Counted from the stretch's first letter, positions 10,201 through 19,093 are shown. The stretch: 64,000 nt of DNA from an uncultured Prevotella sp. (GCA_900314455.1 OMVI01000040.1:3821-67820); one strand, 5' to 3'. Program-made: numbers and translations. Notes: a model not told the origin generated them from the letters alone.

Positions 10201-11381
10201 TAGTGCCGCGTGTCGTGTGTCGCGAGGTCATACGTTATGATACCGTTGTCGTTGGAGCCGCACCACAACAGTCCTGCTGCATCCTGCGTTATGGTGCATA
10301 TATCACCGATTTCGGCAAATCCGAACTTCTTCTGCGTCAGCGAGCAGTAGGCTACTCCGTTCTTGTATGAGCCAATCCAGAGTGCTCCTGCTTTATCTAC
10401 ATAAAGGCTCTGGACGGTATTATCCGGTATTGAATTTATGTTGTTCTTGTCGTAAAGGAACTGTCTCACCTCCTTACTGCCAGGCTCTATGAGCAGCAAG
10501 CCTAAGTGCTCGGTTGCTATCCACAAGTTGCCGACATGGTCGTCGATAACTCCCTTGACGAAGATATAGTCATTGAATGGGACGCTATAGTGATTTTCAG
10601 AGAAATACTGACGTACCGAAGAGTACCATTTGCCAGTCTTTCTTTCGCAAATAAATGTCTGCTTGTCCGACGTTATCCAGAGATTGTTATCTTGAGTCAG
10701 GAATGAAGTGTACTTATTTGTAGGTAGTTCCTTGTTCTTAACAATGAAATCGCTTTGCCAGTCCACCTTCCTCGTGTCACTGTTAAGGCTGCAAATGAAC
10801 CCGTCGTTGAAGTTGACGTATATGCTTTTGCCCATTTGCCTGACGCTGGTAATCTCAGAGCGGTGCAATTGTCTGCCGTAAGCCAGGAACTCCGTGTGTC
10901 CGGTAGCGCCGTCTATCCTGTATAGCCCTTTGCCGCTGACGGTGACCCACAAGTTCTTATCATTGTCAACGTACATGTTATGTGGTTCCGCATTGATACC
11001 ATACTGGCTGAGATAGTCCTGCGCATTTGCCGAGAACGTCTCTGTGAGTGCATCGTAAATGCAATACCCTATAGCTGTCTCGACAATCATCCTGCCCTGC
11101 CTGTCCTCTTGTATGTCAAGAACGTCGTTTGAGTTAAGGCTGCCCGGAAGGTCATTCTTATAGAAAACACGGAACCGGAAGCCATCGTATCTGTTGATAC
11201 CGAGTTGCGTTGCCATCCATACATATCCGCGCGAATCAACCATTATGTTGTTGATTTGCGAGCTCGACAGTCCGTCGTTCATGTTTATTCTGCGGAAATA
11301 GACATCGTTGGCAGAATATCCAAGAGCGGATGGCAGTAGTAATGCCGCCGTTATTAGTAGAGAAATAATGTGCCGTTTCAT
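7290..11381 (-). CDS. Hybrid two-component sensor/regulator (HTCS: beta-propeller, Y_Y_Y, His kinase, receiver, AraC HTH)
   Basis: Signal peptide from the ATG at 11381 (MKRHIISLL...), propeller repeats, H-box FFTNVSHEFRTP, DNLLSNAMKY, GTGVGL, receiver SDVMMPVMDG and a C-terminal AraC-type HTH. Confidence 0.95.
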   Translation of the reverse strand: MKRHIISLLITAALLLPSALGYSANDVYFRRINMNDGLSSSQINNIMVDSRGYVWMATQLGINRYDGFRFRVFYKNDLPGSLNSNDVLDIQEDRQGRMIVETAIGYCIYDALTETFSANAQDYLSQYGINAEPHNMYVDNDKNLWVTVSGKGLYRIDGATGHTEFLAYGRQLHRSEITSVRQMGKSIYVNFNDGFICSLNSDTRKVDWQSDFIVKNKELPTNKYTSFLTQDNNLWITSDKQTFICERKTGKWYSSVRQYFSENHYSVPFNDYIFVKGVIDDHVGNLWIATEHLGLLLIEPGSKEVRQFLYDKNNINSIPDNTVQSLYVDKAGALWIGSYKNGVAYCSLTQKKFGFAEIGDICTITQDAAGLLWCGSNDNGIITYDLATHDTRHYGMEETGLGMNTVVSSLTARDGSLWFGTYNGGMAHFEGGQWKVYRADGKSGLLNDNVWALCQLPDGRIAIGTLGSGVQLLDVKSGHYTNYSMANSKLPSDFINSLAVDKNGNLLIAHSEGFSFLNLKSGKIENVKSTKFTSKLFNQIYVDSRGLIWCATASGMNVYDPKTQQVDAIKPHSDVQSYVSCSVTEDYAHNMWIVCGHDVVRVEVQKNSDGTWDYTSTVFDNLDGLQERQFNYRSILTARNGEIIVGGQDGINIIPSQSIKKKQNDAMVLFTGLEVFGRPVHVGEEYNKHVILDESIDVSRKLKLNYGENAFTIDLASNQIAIPQKARFIYRLKGFSDKWITTAEGQSSVTFTNLLPGSYTLEAKVLDRDGSVSNKTSELAITIKPPFYMSIWAMLLYIIILVAALWFGRKLMLRRQKEKFRMMQIEREAKRTKELEDIKLTFFTNVSHEFRTPLMLIISPIESLMKKETDKDKHRKLELVYRNAQRLLEMVTQILDFRKVEKNQEKLNLISADIIAYIRNIVNTFQAIGGKSTSLTFTTQVESLNMAFDAGKVRKIVDNLLSNAMKYTGENGKIDVILSLRLKGSDESLKEDMLVIRVADNGIGISDKDKKHIFERFYMVNKVSSPYGGTGVGLNLVHDYALLHGGDVTVEDNTGGGTVFSVLLPIRHDPSLTQLIEESLPQDTDEKEASEKVNDSGSETSTTKEQDDSETIKNKPCLLLVDDSTDFLEFMTEELSSKYYVRTAVNGRKALDSISEHQPDIILSDVMMPVMDGIELCHAVKENKATTHIPFIMLTARLAEEHQIEGMKSGADDYITKPFNMDLLYMRIDNLLKWHHSSDVPDKGKLLKPELKHIEITSRDKVFVDKATQYVDDNLSDSTINVEAMASNLGMSRVQLYKKLVSLTGSTPSEFIRQIRLRRAEQMLRESKMSVSEIAYSVGFNNPRYFSKYFKEMYGVMPSQYKK

Positions 11382-11430
11382 ATTGAGAGAAAAAGGTTTT
11401 TGCCCAAATGTGCTTATTGTTTCCAATATG

Positions 11431-11438
11431 CAAAGATA
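11431..11438 (-). promoter_or_regulatory. -7 element for the HTCS gene
   Basis: TATCTTTG on the minus strand, 50 nt upstream of the ATG. Confidence 0.65.
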
Positions 11439-11524
11439 CGGTTTTTTTATTATACGGCAAAAGAAATGTACATTTTGTTCTGTTTTTTATAATTGTAATC
11501 ATTACAGAATTTACCCGCCACATC

Positions 11525-11612
11525 CATCTTTTTACCTTTTTACCTTTCTACCTTTTTACCTTTCCCCACATCTTTTTACCTTTTTGCCTTTCTGCCTTTT
11601 TACCTTTCCCCA
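11525..11612. repeat. Tandem 2 x 44-bp polypyrimidine block, each made of TTTTTACC-type 8-mers
   Basis: CATCTTTTTACCTTTTTACCTTTCTACCTTTTTACCTTTCCCCA is repeated twice with 2 A>G differences. Confidence 0.9.
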
Positions 11613-11677
11613 TCCCCATTTTTAGGTATTTGCAAATCAAAAGTAGAAAATGCAACCTAGTTGAATATAATTATTTG

Positions 11678-11685
11678 TACCTTTG
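11678..11685 (+). promoter_or_regulatory. -7 element for feoAB
   Basis: TACCTTTG, 25 nt upstream of the ATG. Confidence 0.7.
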
Positions 11686-11710
11686 CACCTTGAAATAAAA
11701 GGAAGAAACA

Positions 11711-14176
11711 ATGAAGCTTTCAGAGTTAAAGACAGGCGACAAAGGTGTCATCGTCAAGGTGAACGGTCACGGTGGCTTCCGCAAGCGCATCATAGAGATG
11801 GGCTTTATCAAAGGAAAGGAGATAGAAATTCTTCTTAATGCACCGTTTAAAGACCCTGTCAAGTATAGGATAATGGGCTATGAGGTCAGCCTCCGCCATA
11901 GTGAGGCAGAACTTATAGAGGTTATTACTTTGGACGAGGCACGCCGATTGGAGTTAGGCGACGAGAACGCTCCTGCCATAGAAGTTGACAGCAACGACCC
12001 CGACGAGAGACCTCTGACCCCGCAACAGCTCACCGACGCTGCTATGAAGAAACGTAAGACAATCAGTGTGGCACTTGTCGGTAATCCTAACTGCGGAAAG
12101 ACGTCGCTCTTCAATTTCGCTTCCGGAGCCCATGAGCGTGTCGGAAACTACTCCGGCGTTACCGTTGATGCAAAGACCGGTCATGCCGAATTCGAAGGAT
12201 ACCATTTCGACCTTGTCGATTTGCCTGGAACTTATAGCCTTTCTGCCTATAGTCCTGAAGAGCTTTACGTTCGTAAGCAACTTGTCGACAAGACACCGGA
12301 TGTTGTCATCAACGTCATCGATACTTCCAACCTCGAGCGAAACCTTTACCTGACCACGCAACTCATTGATATGCATGTGCGTATGGTTGTTGCCCTTAAC
12401 ATGTTTGATGAGACACAGGAGCGTGGCGACAATGTCGATGTCGACAAGTTGTCGGAGCTCTTCGGCGTTCCTATGGTACCGACTGTGTTCACCTCGGGAA
12501 AGGGTGTCAAGGAACTATTCCATACCGTTATCGAAATGTATGAGGGCACGGAGGATGCCAATCCGCACTTCCGTCACATCCATATAAACCACGGTCACGA
12601 GATAGAGAATGGTATTAAGGACATGCAGGAGCACTTGAAGAATGAGCTTGATGTCCGTCAGCGCTTCTCCACCCGTTATCTCGCCATAAAACTTCTCGAG
12701 CACGACAAGGACATCGAGAACTATATAAGCAAATTCCCTGATGCAAAGGAGATACTTGAGCACCGCGACCATGCCGCTGCTCGTGTTAAGGAGGAAACCG
12801 GCTCCGACAGTGAGACTGCGATTATGGATGCCAAGTATGGTTTCATACACGGTGCCCTTGCCGAGGCTGGTTATAAACCGGGAAACAAGAAGGATACCTA
12901 CCAATTGACTCATGTACTCGACAATGTGCTGACTAATAAGTGGCTTGGCTTCCCGATATTCCTGCTCATCCTCTTCGTCATGTTCACGGCGACGTTCGTC
13001 ATCGGACAGTATCCTATGGAGTGGATTGACGACTTTGTAGGTTTCATAGGCGATAAACTTGGCGAGTATATGCCCGTGGGACCAGTCAAGGCAATGCTCA
13101 TCGACGGTATCATCGACGGCGTCGGAGCCGTCATCGTTTTCCTTCCGCAAATCCTTATCCTCTATTTCTTTATCTCGTTCATGGAGGATAGCGGATATAT
13201 GGCACGCGCGGCGTTCATCATGGATAAGCTGATGCACAAGATGGGACTGCATGGTAAGTCGTTCATACCCCTTATCATGGGCTTCGGATGTAACGTTCCG
13301 GCAGTCATGTCAACGCGTACGATAGAGAGCCGGCGCTCCCGCCTCGTCACGATGCTCATCCTTCCGCTTATGAGTTGTGAGGCGCGCATACCTATATATA
13401 TAATGATTATAGGCACGTTCTTCGCCGTCAAGTATCAGAGCCTTGTCATGATGAGCCTCTATGTCATAGGTGTGATAATGGCGGTTATCATGGCGCGCGT
13501 CTTCACGAAGTTCGTCATAAAGGGCGAGGACACACCGTTCGTTATGGAACTGCCGCCATACCGCTTCCCGACATGGAAGGCTGTGGGCCGCCACACGTGG
13601 GAAAAGGGTAAGCAGTACCTCAAGAAGATGGGTGGTATAATCCTCGTTGCCACAATCATTGTATGGGCTCTGGGCTACTTCCCTCACAACGAATCACTGT
13701 CGAAGGCACAGCAGCAGGAGCAGAGTTACCTTGGTCACATAGGCAAGACGATAGAGCCTGTTTTCCGTGCACAGGGCTTCAACTGGCGTCTTGATGTCGG
13801 TCTTGTAGCCGGTGTGGGCGCTAAGGAAATCGTTGCATCTACAATGGGCGTCCTTTATAGCAACGACGACAGTTTCTCGGAGGACAACTCTTACAACGAT
13901 GAGAATGGCAAGTACGAGCGCCTCCGCAACGAAATGCAAAGCGACGTGGCTAAGACACACGGCATAAGCTACGATAAAGCGGGACCGATAGCGACGCTGA
14001 CGGCATATTGCTTCTTGTTGTTTGTCTTGCTCTACTTCCCTTGCGTGGCGACGATAGCAGCCATAAAGGGCGAGTCGGGTTCATGGAAGTGGGCAGCATT
14101 TGCCGCAACCTACACGACCTGCCTTGCGTGGGTAGTGAGTGCAATAGTATTCCGAGTCGGTTGCCTGTTTATATAG
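11711..14176 (+). CDS. feoB: Ferrous iron transporter, FeoA-FeoB fusion
   Basis: N-terminal FeoA domain (RKRIIEMGF...APFKDP), GTPase motifs GNPNCGKT, NYSGVTV, DLPG and NMFD, and a membrane domain with GFGCNVPA and FVMELPPY. Confidence 0.95.
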   Translation: MKLSELKTGDKGVIVKVNGHGGFRKRIIEMGFIKGKEIEILLNAPFKDPVKYRIMGYEVSLRHSEAELIEVITLDEARRLELGDENAPAIEVDSNDPDERPLTPQQLTDAAMKKRKTISVALVGNPNCGKTSLFNFASGAHERVGNYSGVTVDAKTGHAEFEGYHFDLVDLPGTYSLSAYSPEELYVRKQLVDKTPDVVINVIDTSNLERNLYLTTQLIDMHVRMVVALNMFDETQERGDNVDVDKLSELFGVPMVPTVFTSGKGVKELFHTVIEMYEGTEDANPHFRHIHINHGHEIENGIKDMQEHLKNELDVRQRFSTRYLAIKLLEHDKDIENYISKFPDAKEILEHRDHAAARVKEETGSDSETAIMDAKYGFIHGALAEAGYKPGNKKDTYQLTHVLDNVLTNKWLGFPIFLLILFVMFTATFVIGQYPMEWIDDFVGFIGDKLGEYMPVGPVKAMLIDGIIDGVGAVIVFLPQILILYFFISFMEDSGYMARAAFIMDKLMHKMGLHGKSFIPLIMGFGCNVPAVMSTRTIESRRSRLVTMLILPLMSCEARIPIYIMIIGTFFAVKYQSLVMMSLYVIGVIMAVIMARVFTKFVIKGEDTPFVMELPPYRFPTWKAVGRHTWEKGKQYLKKMGGIILVATIIVWALGYFPHNESLSKAQQQEQSYLGHIGKTIEPVFRAQGFNWRLDVGLVAGVGAKEIVASTMGVLYSNDDSFSEDNSYNDENGKYERLRNEMQSDVAKTHGISYDKAGPIATLTAYCFLLFVLLYFPCVATIAAIKGESGSWKWAAFAATYTTCLAWVVSAIVFRVGCLFI

Positions 14177-14217
14177 GACTTGTAAATATATTTCTGACAG
14201 CAATTTTATAGGAAACG

Positions 14218-14366
14218 TCTTCGTAACTGATTGATAGTCAACGCTCAATCAAAAGGGCAACTTCCGGCTTGCAAAAGGGCAGGTTCTGCGTTGCGAAAGT
14301 TTAGCTTTTGCAGTCCAGAACCTGCCCTTTTGCAATGCTATTCGGCACCTCCCGCATTCGTGTAAA
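14218..14366 (+). repeat. Dispersed 'IHF-like head + 5 x 22-bp' element, copy A
   Basis: Head CGTAACTGATTGATAGTCA at 14222. Units start at 14249, 14271, 14293, 14315 and 14337. Tail CGTGTAAA at 14359. Confidence 0.8.
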
Positions 14367-14460
14367 ATAAAAGTCATATTCCTTCGGCAAACGTATAGTG
14401 TTTTTATAATACCTTTAAGAAGAAATGAAAGTTTAATTGATGTCAGAGCATACCTACAAA

Positions 14461-14494
14461 TAAAGGGGATATTACTCGAGTAATGTCCCCTTTA
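14461..14494. terminator. Hairpin between convergent feoB and tRNA-Ser (likely terminator)
   Basis: TAAAGGGGATATTAC-TCGA-GTAATGTCCCCTTTA. Confidence 0.75.
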
Positions 14495-14503
14495 GAGTTG
14501 TAG

Positions 14504-14592
14504 CGGAAAGTGAGGGATTCAAACCCCCGATACCACGAAACGGGTATACCAGATTTCGAGTCTAGCGCATTCGGTCACTCTGCCAACTTTCC
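14504..14592 (-). tRNA. tRNA-Ser (anticodon CGA)
   Basis: Minus strand: GGAAAGT/ACTTTCC acceptor stem, anticodon arm CTAGA-CTCGAAA-TCTGG, long variable arm, T-arm GGGGG-TTTGAAT-CCCTC, discriminator G, CCA not encoded. TACCTTTG -7 box at 14605-14612. Confidence 0.93.
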
Positions 14593-14708
14593 TTTAACTG
14601 CGTGCAAAGGTAGTGATTATTTTTGTAATAACATAAAAAAGTGATAAAAACTTTGGTCGCACCACATTTATGATATCACTTTGCCTTGACCTATAGACAA
14701 GAATGCGA

Positions 14709-16712
14709 TTACAATTTGGGCTTCGTCTTTCTCTCTTTCTCTGTTATTATGCCATGACGGTATGCATAGAGCAGTTCCTCAAGGTCAGCTATCTGCTGAC
14801 GGATTTCGACTCCTTTGTCCGTGTCCGCTACACGGAGGCGTCGCTGGTTGAACTCTACAATTTGCGTAGTGCCCTTGATGTCGGCTCCGGTACGTATGGC
14901 GTCCTCGGCGCTTGTGAACGGTTCATGCTGTACAAGTTGGAAACCGCGACTGTGATATATAAGCGTGTAGCCTGCTATACCTGTGTCCTTATGGTACGCC
15001 CGTGAGAATCCGCCGTCGATGACCATCAGTTTTCCATTTGCCTTGATAGGGTTTTCGCCTTTCACCGCACGCACCGGGACGTGTCCGTTTATGATATGGC
15101 GGTTCGGTCCTTTTACTCCGAAGGCATCGAGTATTCCGTTTACTACTTTCTCGTTGTCACGCATCTTGAAGTAGTTGCCTTTAATCTCCTCATGCGTTTC
15201 CTTGTCCTCGATGAAGTAACGCTCAAAGGTCGCCATCTTACTCTTGTCGAACAATGGTGAGTCCGGTCCGCACCAGAGATACAGGAAGTAGTCCTTGGCA
15301 TAGTCACGCTCCACTGCATCGGAGTCAGACTGGAACGCTGCGCGCAGAAGTATGCCTGTATGGTGCATTAAGTCCTTGCCGCTATACTTGCGGCCGGGAT
15401 ATATTTCTACGGTTTTAGGTGTCCCGTCATCGTTTAGTGGGACAGAGGCATGGAACAGAAGGTTGTTGTTGAAAATGGCGAACATGCATCCGTGCTGAAG
15501 CATGGCGCGTATGTGGCGGTGCAGTTTTTCGCTGACAGTGAAGGAATGGTGTATCTTTTCCATTACCGCAGCTTCCTCTTCCGTCAGCTTTATAGGGTCG
15601 GAAGGGTCGACAGTAGGGAAGTTGCATGAGCGCATCTTGTAAGTCTTGCCATCAACAACGCACGTCCCTTTTTCGTAGTCAACAGCCTTAAGCAACTCTC
15701 GGTCAGTCATTTTCCACATAGGATGCTTCTCGAAGAGTTGAGCCTCGAGCTTGAATTGAATAATGCTTATTGCCTTGTGCATCTTTGCTGACAGGCTTCT
15801 TGACTTATCAGTCATCTCGTTCTCGTAAGATGTTTTTGGCATAAACTCTGTGCAAGGGTCATCCTTGTACTCCTCCATAGCAAACGTTGCGAGTGGTATG
15901 AGATTGATACCGTAACCGTCTTCGAGTGTTGTCATATTGCTGTAGCGCAGTGCTATGCGAATGACATTGCATATACATGCATCGTTGCCGGCTGCTGCAC
16001 CCATCCATAGGATATCATGGTTGCCCCACTGGATGTCCCAACTGTGATAGTCGCAAAGCGTGTCCATGATAATGTGGGCACCGGGACCACGGTCGTAGAC
16101 ATCGCCGAGGATGTGCAGCTGGTCGATGATGAGACGCTGAATGACGTTGCATATCGCTATGATAAAGTCGTCGGCACGTCCCGTAGTTATGATAGTGTCG
16201 ATGATAGCACTGACATAGTCGCTCTTATCCTTATCGTCCGGGCGCTCGTGGAGTAATTCCTGGATGATGTAAGAGAAGTCGTCGGGGAGGTTCTTGCGGA
16301 CTTTTGAGCGTGTGTACTTGCTCGATACGTCGCGGCAGACTAGCACCAGATGATGAATAGCTATATGATACCAGTCGTCGAGTTCCTTTTCCTCGGCTTT
16401 GACAAGCTCCAGTTTTTGCTCTGGATAGTAGATTAGCGTGCACAGTTCACGTTTCTCGGCTTCACGCAATGTGTTGCCGAAGAGCTCGTTCACCTTGCGC
16501 TTGATATTACCCGACGCATTTTTAAGTACGTGCTGGAAAGCTTCGTACTCTCCGTGAAGGTCGGCAAGGAAGTGCTCAGTGCCTTTAGGCAGGTTCAATA
16601 TAGCCTGAAGGTTTATTATCTCAGTGCTTGCCTCGGCTATCGTCGGAAAGGAGTTAGACAGTAGTTCAAGGTAGCGTGTGTCCTTGGCGAAATCAAAATT
16701 CTTTGTTGTCAT
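14709..16712 (-). CDS. fbp: Fructose-1,6-bisphosphatase class III
   Basis: Motifs LPKGTEHFLADLHGE, GDVYDRGP, DIQWGNHD, NGHVPV and IDGGFS. Confidence 0.95.
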   Translation of the reverse strand: MTTKNFDFAKDTRYLELLSNSFPTIAEASTEIINLQAILNLPKGTEHFLADLHGEYEAFQHVLKNASGNIKRKVNELFGNTLREAEKRELCTLIYYPEQKLELVKAEEKELDDWYHIAIHHLVLVCRDVSSKYTRSKVRKNLPDDFSYIIQELLHERPDDKDKSDYVSAIIDTIITTGRADDFIIAICNVIQRLIIDQLHILGDVYDRGPGAHIIMDTLCDYHSWDIQWGNHDILWMGAAAGNDACICNVIRIALRYSNMTTLEDGYGINLIPLATFAMEEYKDDPCTEFMPKTSYENEMTDKSRSLSAKMHKAISIIQFKLEAQLFEKHPMWKMTDRELLKAVDYEKGTCVVDGKTYKMRSCNFPTVDPSDPIKLTEEEAAVMEKIHHSFTVSEKLHRHIRAMLQHGCMFAIFNNNLLFHASVPLNDDGTPKTVEIYPGRKYSGKDLMHHTGILLRAAFQSDSDAVERDYAKDYFLYLWCGPDSPLFDKSKMATFERYFIEDKETHEEIKGNYFKMRDNEKVVNGILDAFGVKGPNRHIINGHVPVRAVKGENPIKANGKLMVIDGGFSRAYHKDTGIAGYTLIYHSRGFQLVQHEPFTSAEDAIRTGADIKGTTQIVEFNQRRLRVADTDKGVEIRQQIADLEELLYAYRHGIITEKERKTKPKL

Positions 16713-16784
16713 TGTTTTTATGTAGTTCGTTTTTGTTTGTTTTATAAGTAGGATTAGCAGTCGTTAGTAATTTATGCATGAAGT

Positions 16785-17933
16785 TCAGTGCAACAGCAAG
16801 GTTTGTATCTTCTTTGCTTTTGCATCGTCAATGGGGTCGTCAGGCATGAAACCTTCCTCGAGATGCAGCTCGTTCTGCATTATCTGAAGTATTCGTTGCA
16901 TGAACCTACGGACTCCAAGACTTCTTGCTATTTCGACAAAGCGGTCCTCGTCGTAGTCGCAATACTTTATCTTCTCATACAATTCGGCAAGATGCCGCAT
17001 GCTGAAAGTGTGCTCCTTGATAAGATAACGTGCATTCAACAGCATTATTGCCAATTCTTGCAGTTCTTTTGTATCAGAGCCGGTTGTCTCTTCGAGCTCC
17101 TTTCTCAGTTTGCGCGACTTCTCCAAGATACGCTTGTCCTCCAGAGGCTCTGTGCACTTTTTCAATGCCGGGGTATAGCGGCTGATGGCAGAAGTGTCTA
17201 TCTGCGGTGGCATAAGATGCATAATCTCAATCGCTGTATCGTAGATTTCGCGTAAGCCTTCATCATCGCCGTAAAGCAGGATAAGCCTCCATTCCTCCGG
17301 TTTCAGGCTGCGCATAGCGAGCAATTGCTCACTTCTGACGAGTGCCCACGGCTCCTTGTGCGACTTGCCGACACGTACCAGAATTCGTATAGCTTCCTTC
17401 TCATCATTAGTCAGAGCAAGTTGATAGCGCGTGTTCAGCACTTTGTTGTAGAATGCAAGAAGACTGTCGCCAAACGTTTCCTCTGTAACGGAACTGTCGA
17501 GCAACGGTGTTCTGATGACATCGATGTTGCGTTGCCACTTGAGTTGCTGTAAATCAGTCAGCTCAAAGTTGTTTGATGCTATAAGTGCGTCGGCATGTTC
17601 TATCATCCAACGTTGGTATTCAGCTAGATAAACGGATTTCTCTGCCTTGTGCTCATGCTTCATTGCGTATGAGTCAAGACCGCCACATGGAGATATAACG
17701 ACAGCGCATTGCTTCTCAATTGCGGCATGCATGAGCTTGCTTGCATTCCTATCCCATAGCCCTATGATATGGACGACATCGGGATTCTCATCAAACAGAG
17801 TAAGCTTAAAGTCTTCTGTGCGTGCAACTACATACGTATCACACTTTCCGCTAAGCGATGATAGCAGAACGTCAAGATAGTCACTCTTTATGTCGTGGCT
17901 CTTCTTCTCGTGTATGTAGTATAAAACTTTCAT
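16785..17933 (-). CDS. Hypothetical protein with a GT4-like N-terminal domain and an unassigned helical C-terminus
   Basis: NPDVVHIIGLW...VVISPCG resembles the N-domain of GT-B glycosyltransferases. Its start overlaps the stop of the upstream GT2 gene. Confidence 0.55.
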   Translation of the reverse strand: MKVLYYIHEKKSHDIKSDYLDVLLSSLSGKCDTYVVARTEDFKLTLFDENPDVVHIIGLWDRNASKLMHAAIEKQCAVVISPCGGLDSYAMKHEHKAEKSVYLAEYQRWMIEHADALIASNNFELTDLQQLKWQRNIDVIRTPLLDSSVTEETFGDSLLAFYNKVLNTRYQLALTNDEKEAIRILVRVGKSHKEPWALVRSEQLLAMRSLKPEEWRLILLYGDDEGLREIYDTAIEIMHLMPPQIDTSAISRYTPALKKCTEPLEDKRILEKSRKLRKELEETTGSDTKELQELAIMLLNARYLIKEHTFSMRHLAELYEKIKYCDYDEDRFVEIARSLGVRRFMQRILQIMQNELHLEEGFMPDDPIDDAKAKKIQTLLLH

Positions 17934-19093
17934 TATATTTTGTGGCTGATGAAATCTGTCTTGTCGGCTTTTGCGTATTTAAGTTTGTATGAGAGCCAGT
18001 GCCAAACGAAGCTCAGGTCATACCAAACTGACTTCCAATGAGGAACGTCCACGCCCCATTCGTCAAGTGCTTTGCCTGCAAGGATATTGCGGATACATGT
18101 CGTTACAATCATAGCAATTGCTGCGGCAGCGGCTATTACCCACTTTTGAGTAATCACGCTATATGCTATCGCTGCAAGGATGACGAGATAGTCGAGGTGA
18201 AGAAATGTCTGGTCGAAAGCTATAGGAAGCCTGTGACGTGCACGTCCTCTCAGGTGTTTGCGGTCTTCCTGATAGAAAAGCTGTTTGTCCTTCCATTCTT
18301 TGTCGGTCGGTTCTTCCTCTTCCATCCACGCGTCTGGGTCCGTCTCGAGCAGTGTCTCACCGTAAGTGAAATACTTGTTGGCAATAAAGTCGTATTCGCC
18401 GCGTAGGTATTTGAGGTTTCCACGGAACCCTTCCCAATCTACAAAAGCCTGTTTGGCGAACATGAGGCAGGTGCTGTTGCAGCGGAAAGTTCTCCCGTGC
18501 TCAGTCTCCCGCATAAGATAGAGGTCGTCGACAAACTTCAGGTACTGTCGATATGAGCTCGTTTCACTATTATAATATGTGTAACCAAGGACAAGACTGA
18601 CTCCTTCACGGCAGTTGCGGGCAAGTGTTGCAAGCCAATTGTCGCCTGCCGGCTTGTTAGTAGCTTCTGTCATGACAACCCAGTCGTACTTAGCGGCTTT
18701 AACACCGAGTGTAATCGACAATTTCTTGCGACTCATATAGCGCGAGGAATCGGGAATGTACGTGACGTAAAGATGTGGATTTGATGAAAATCCTTTTAAT
18801 ATATCGGCAGCCTCTGTGTCGCTTTTCCATATTACAAGCACTACTTGAAAGTCGCCTCCATACTGTTGATTCAAGAATAGAGGGAGGTTTTCCTTCAGTT
18901 CCTGACCATTCTCGTGTGGGGTGAGAACGACCGTTATGCCAGGTAGCGGCGTATCGTCTTCCGGGTCTTCGCCATCAGTTTCGTATTGCTTCGGATGCGG
19001 ACGACGAACGAAAATACTTATCCACGGCGTTGCAACCGCTAGCACGAGCAGCACCGCAATTACTATTATAGATATGTTGTCTATTACAATCAT
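17933..19093 (-). CDS. Membrane glycosyltransferase family 2-like protein
   Basis: N-terminal TM helix, ITVVLTPHEN, KKLSITLGVKAAKYDWVVMTEA, and C-terminal TM helices. Confidence 0.75.
   Translation of the reverse strand: MIVIDNISIIVIAVLLVLAVATPWISIFVRRPHPKQYETDGEDPEDDTPLPGITVVLTPHENGQELKENLPLFLNQQYGGDFQVVLVIWKSDTEAADILKGFSSNPHLYVTYIPDSSRYMSRKKLSITLGVKAAKYDWVVMTEATNKPAGDNWLATLARNCREGVSLVLGYTYYNSETSSYRQYLKFVDDLYLMRETEHGRTFRCNSTCLMFAKQAFVDWEGFRGNLKYLRGEYDFIANKYFTYGETLLETDPDAWMEEEEPTDKEWKDKQLFYQEDRKHLRGRARHRLPIAFDQTFLHLDYLVILAAIAYSVITQKWVIAAAAAIAMIVTTCIRNILAGKALDEWGVDVPHWKSVWYDLSFVWHWLSYKLKYAKADKTDFISHKI

Noticed and set aside
11488-11506. Fur-box-like TATAATTGTAATCATTACA upstream of feoAB
   Set aside because: It matches the E. 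coli consensus at 14/19 but lies in very AT-rich DNA ~170 bp from the feoAB -7 box, which is too weak to call.
11308-11698. ORFs 11308-11625 and 11408-11698
   Set aside because: Their FLPF-rich translations come from the pyrimidine repeat, and they overlap promoters and the HTCS start.
11711-14176. FeoA-FeoB fusion, MurF-Alr fusion and Fcl insertions as novelties
   Set aside because: These are common features of Bacteroidota orthologues.
14218-14592. Integrative element at tRNA-Ser
   Set aside because: No integrase and no duplicated tRNA 3' end were seen. The flanking genes are housekeeping.
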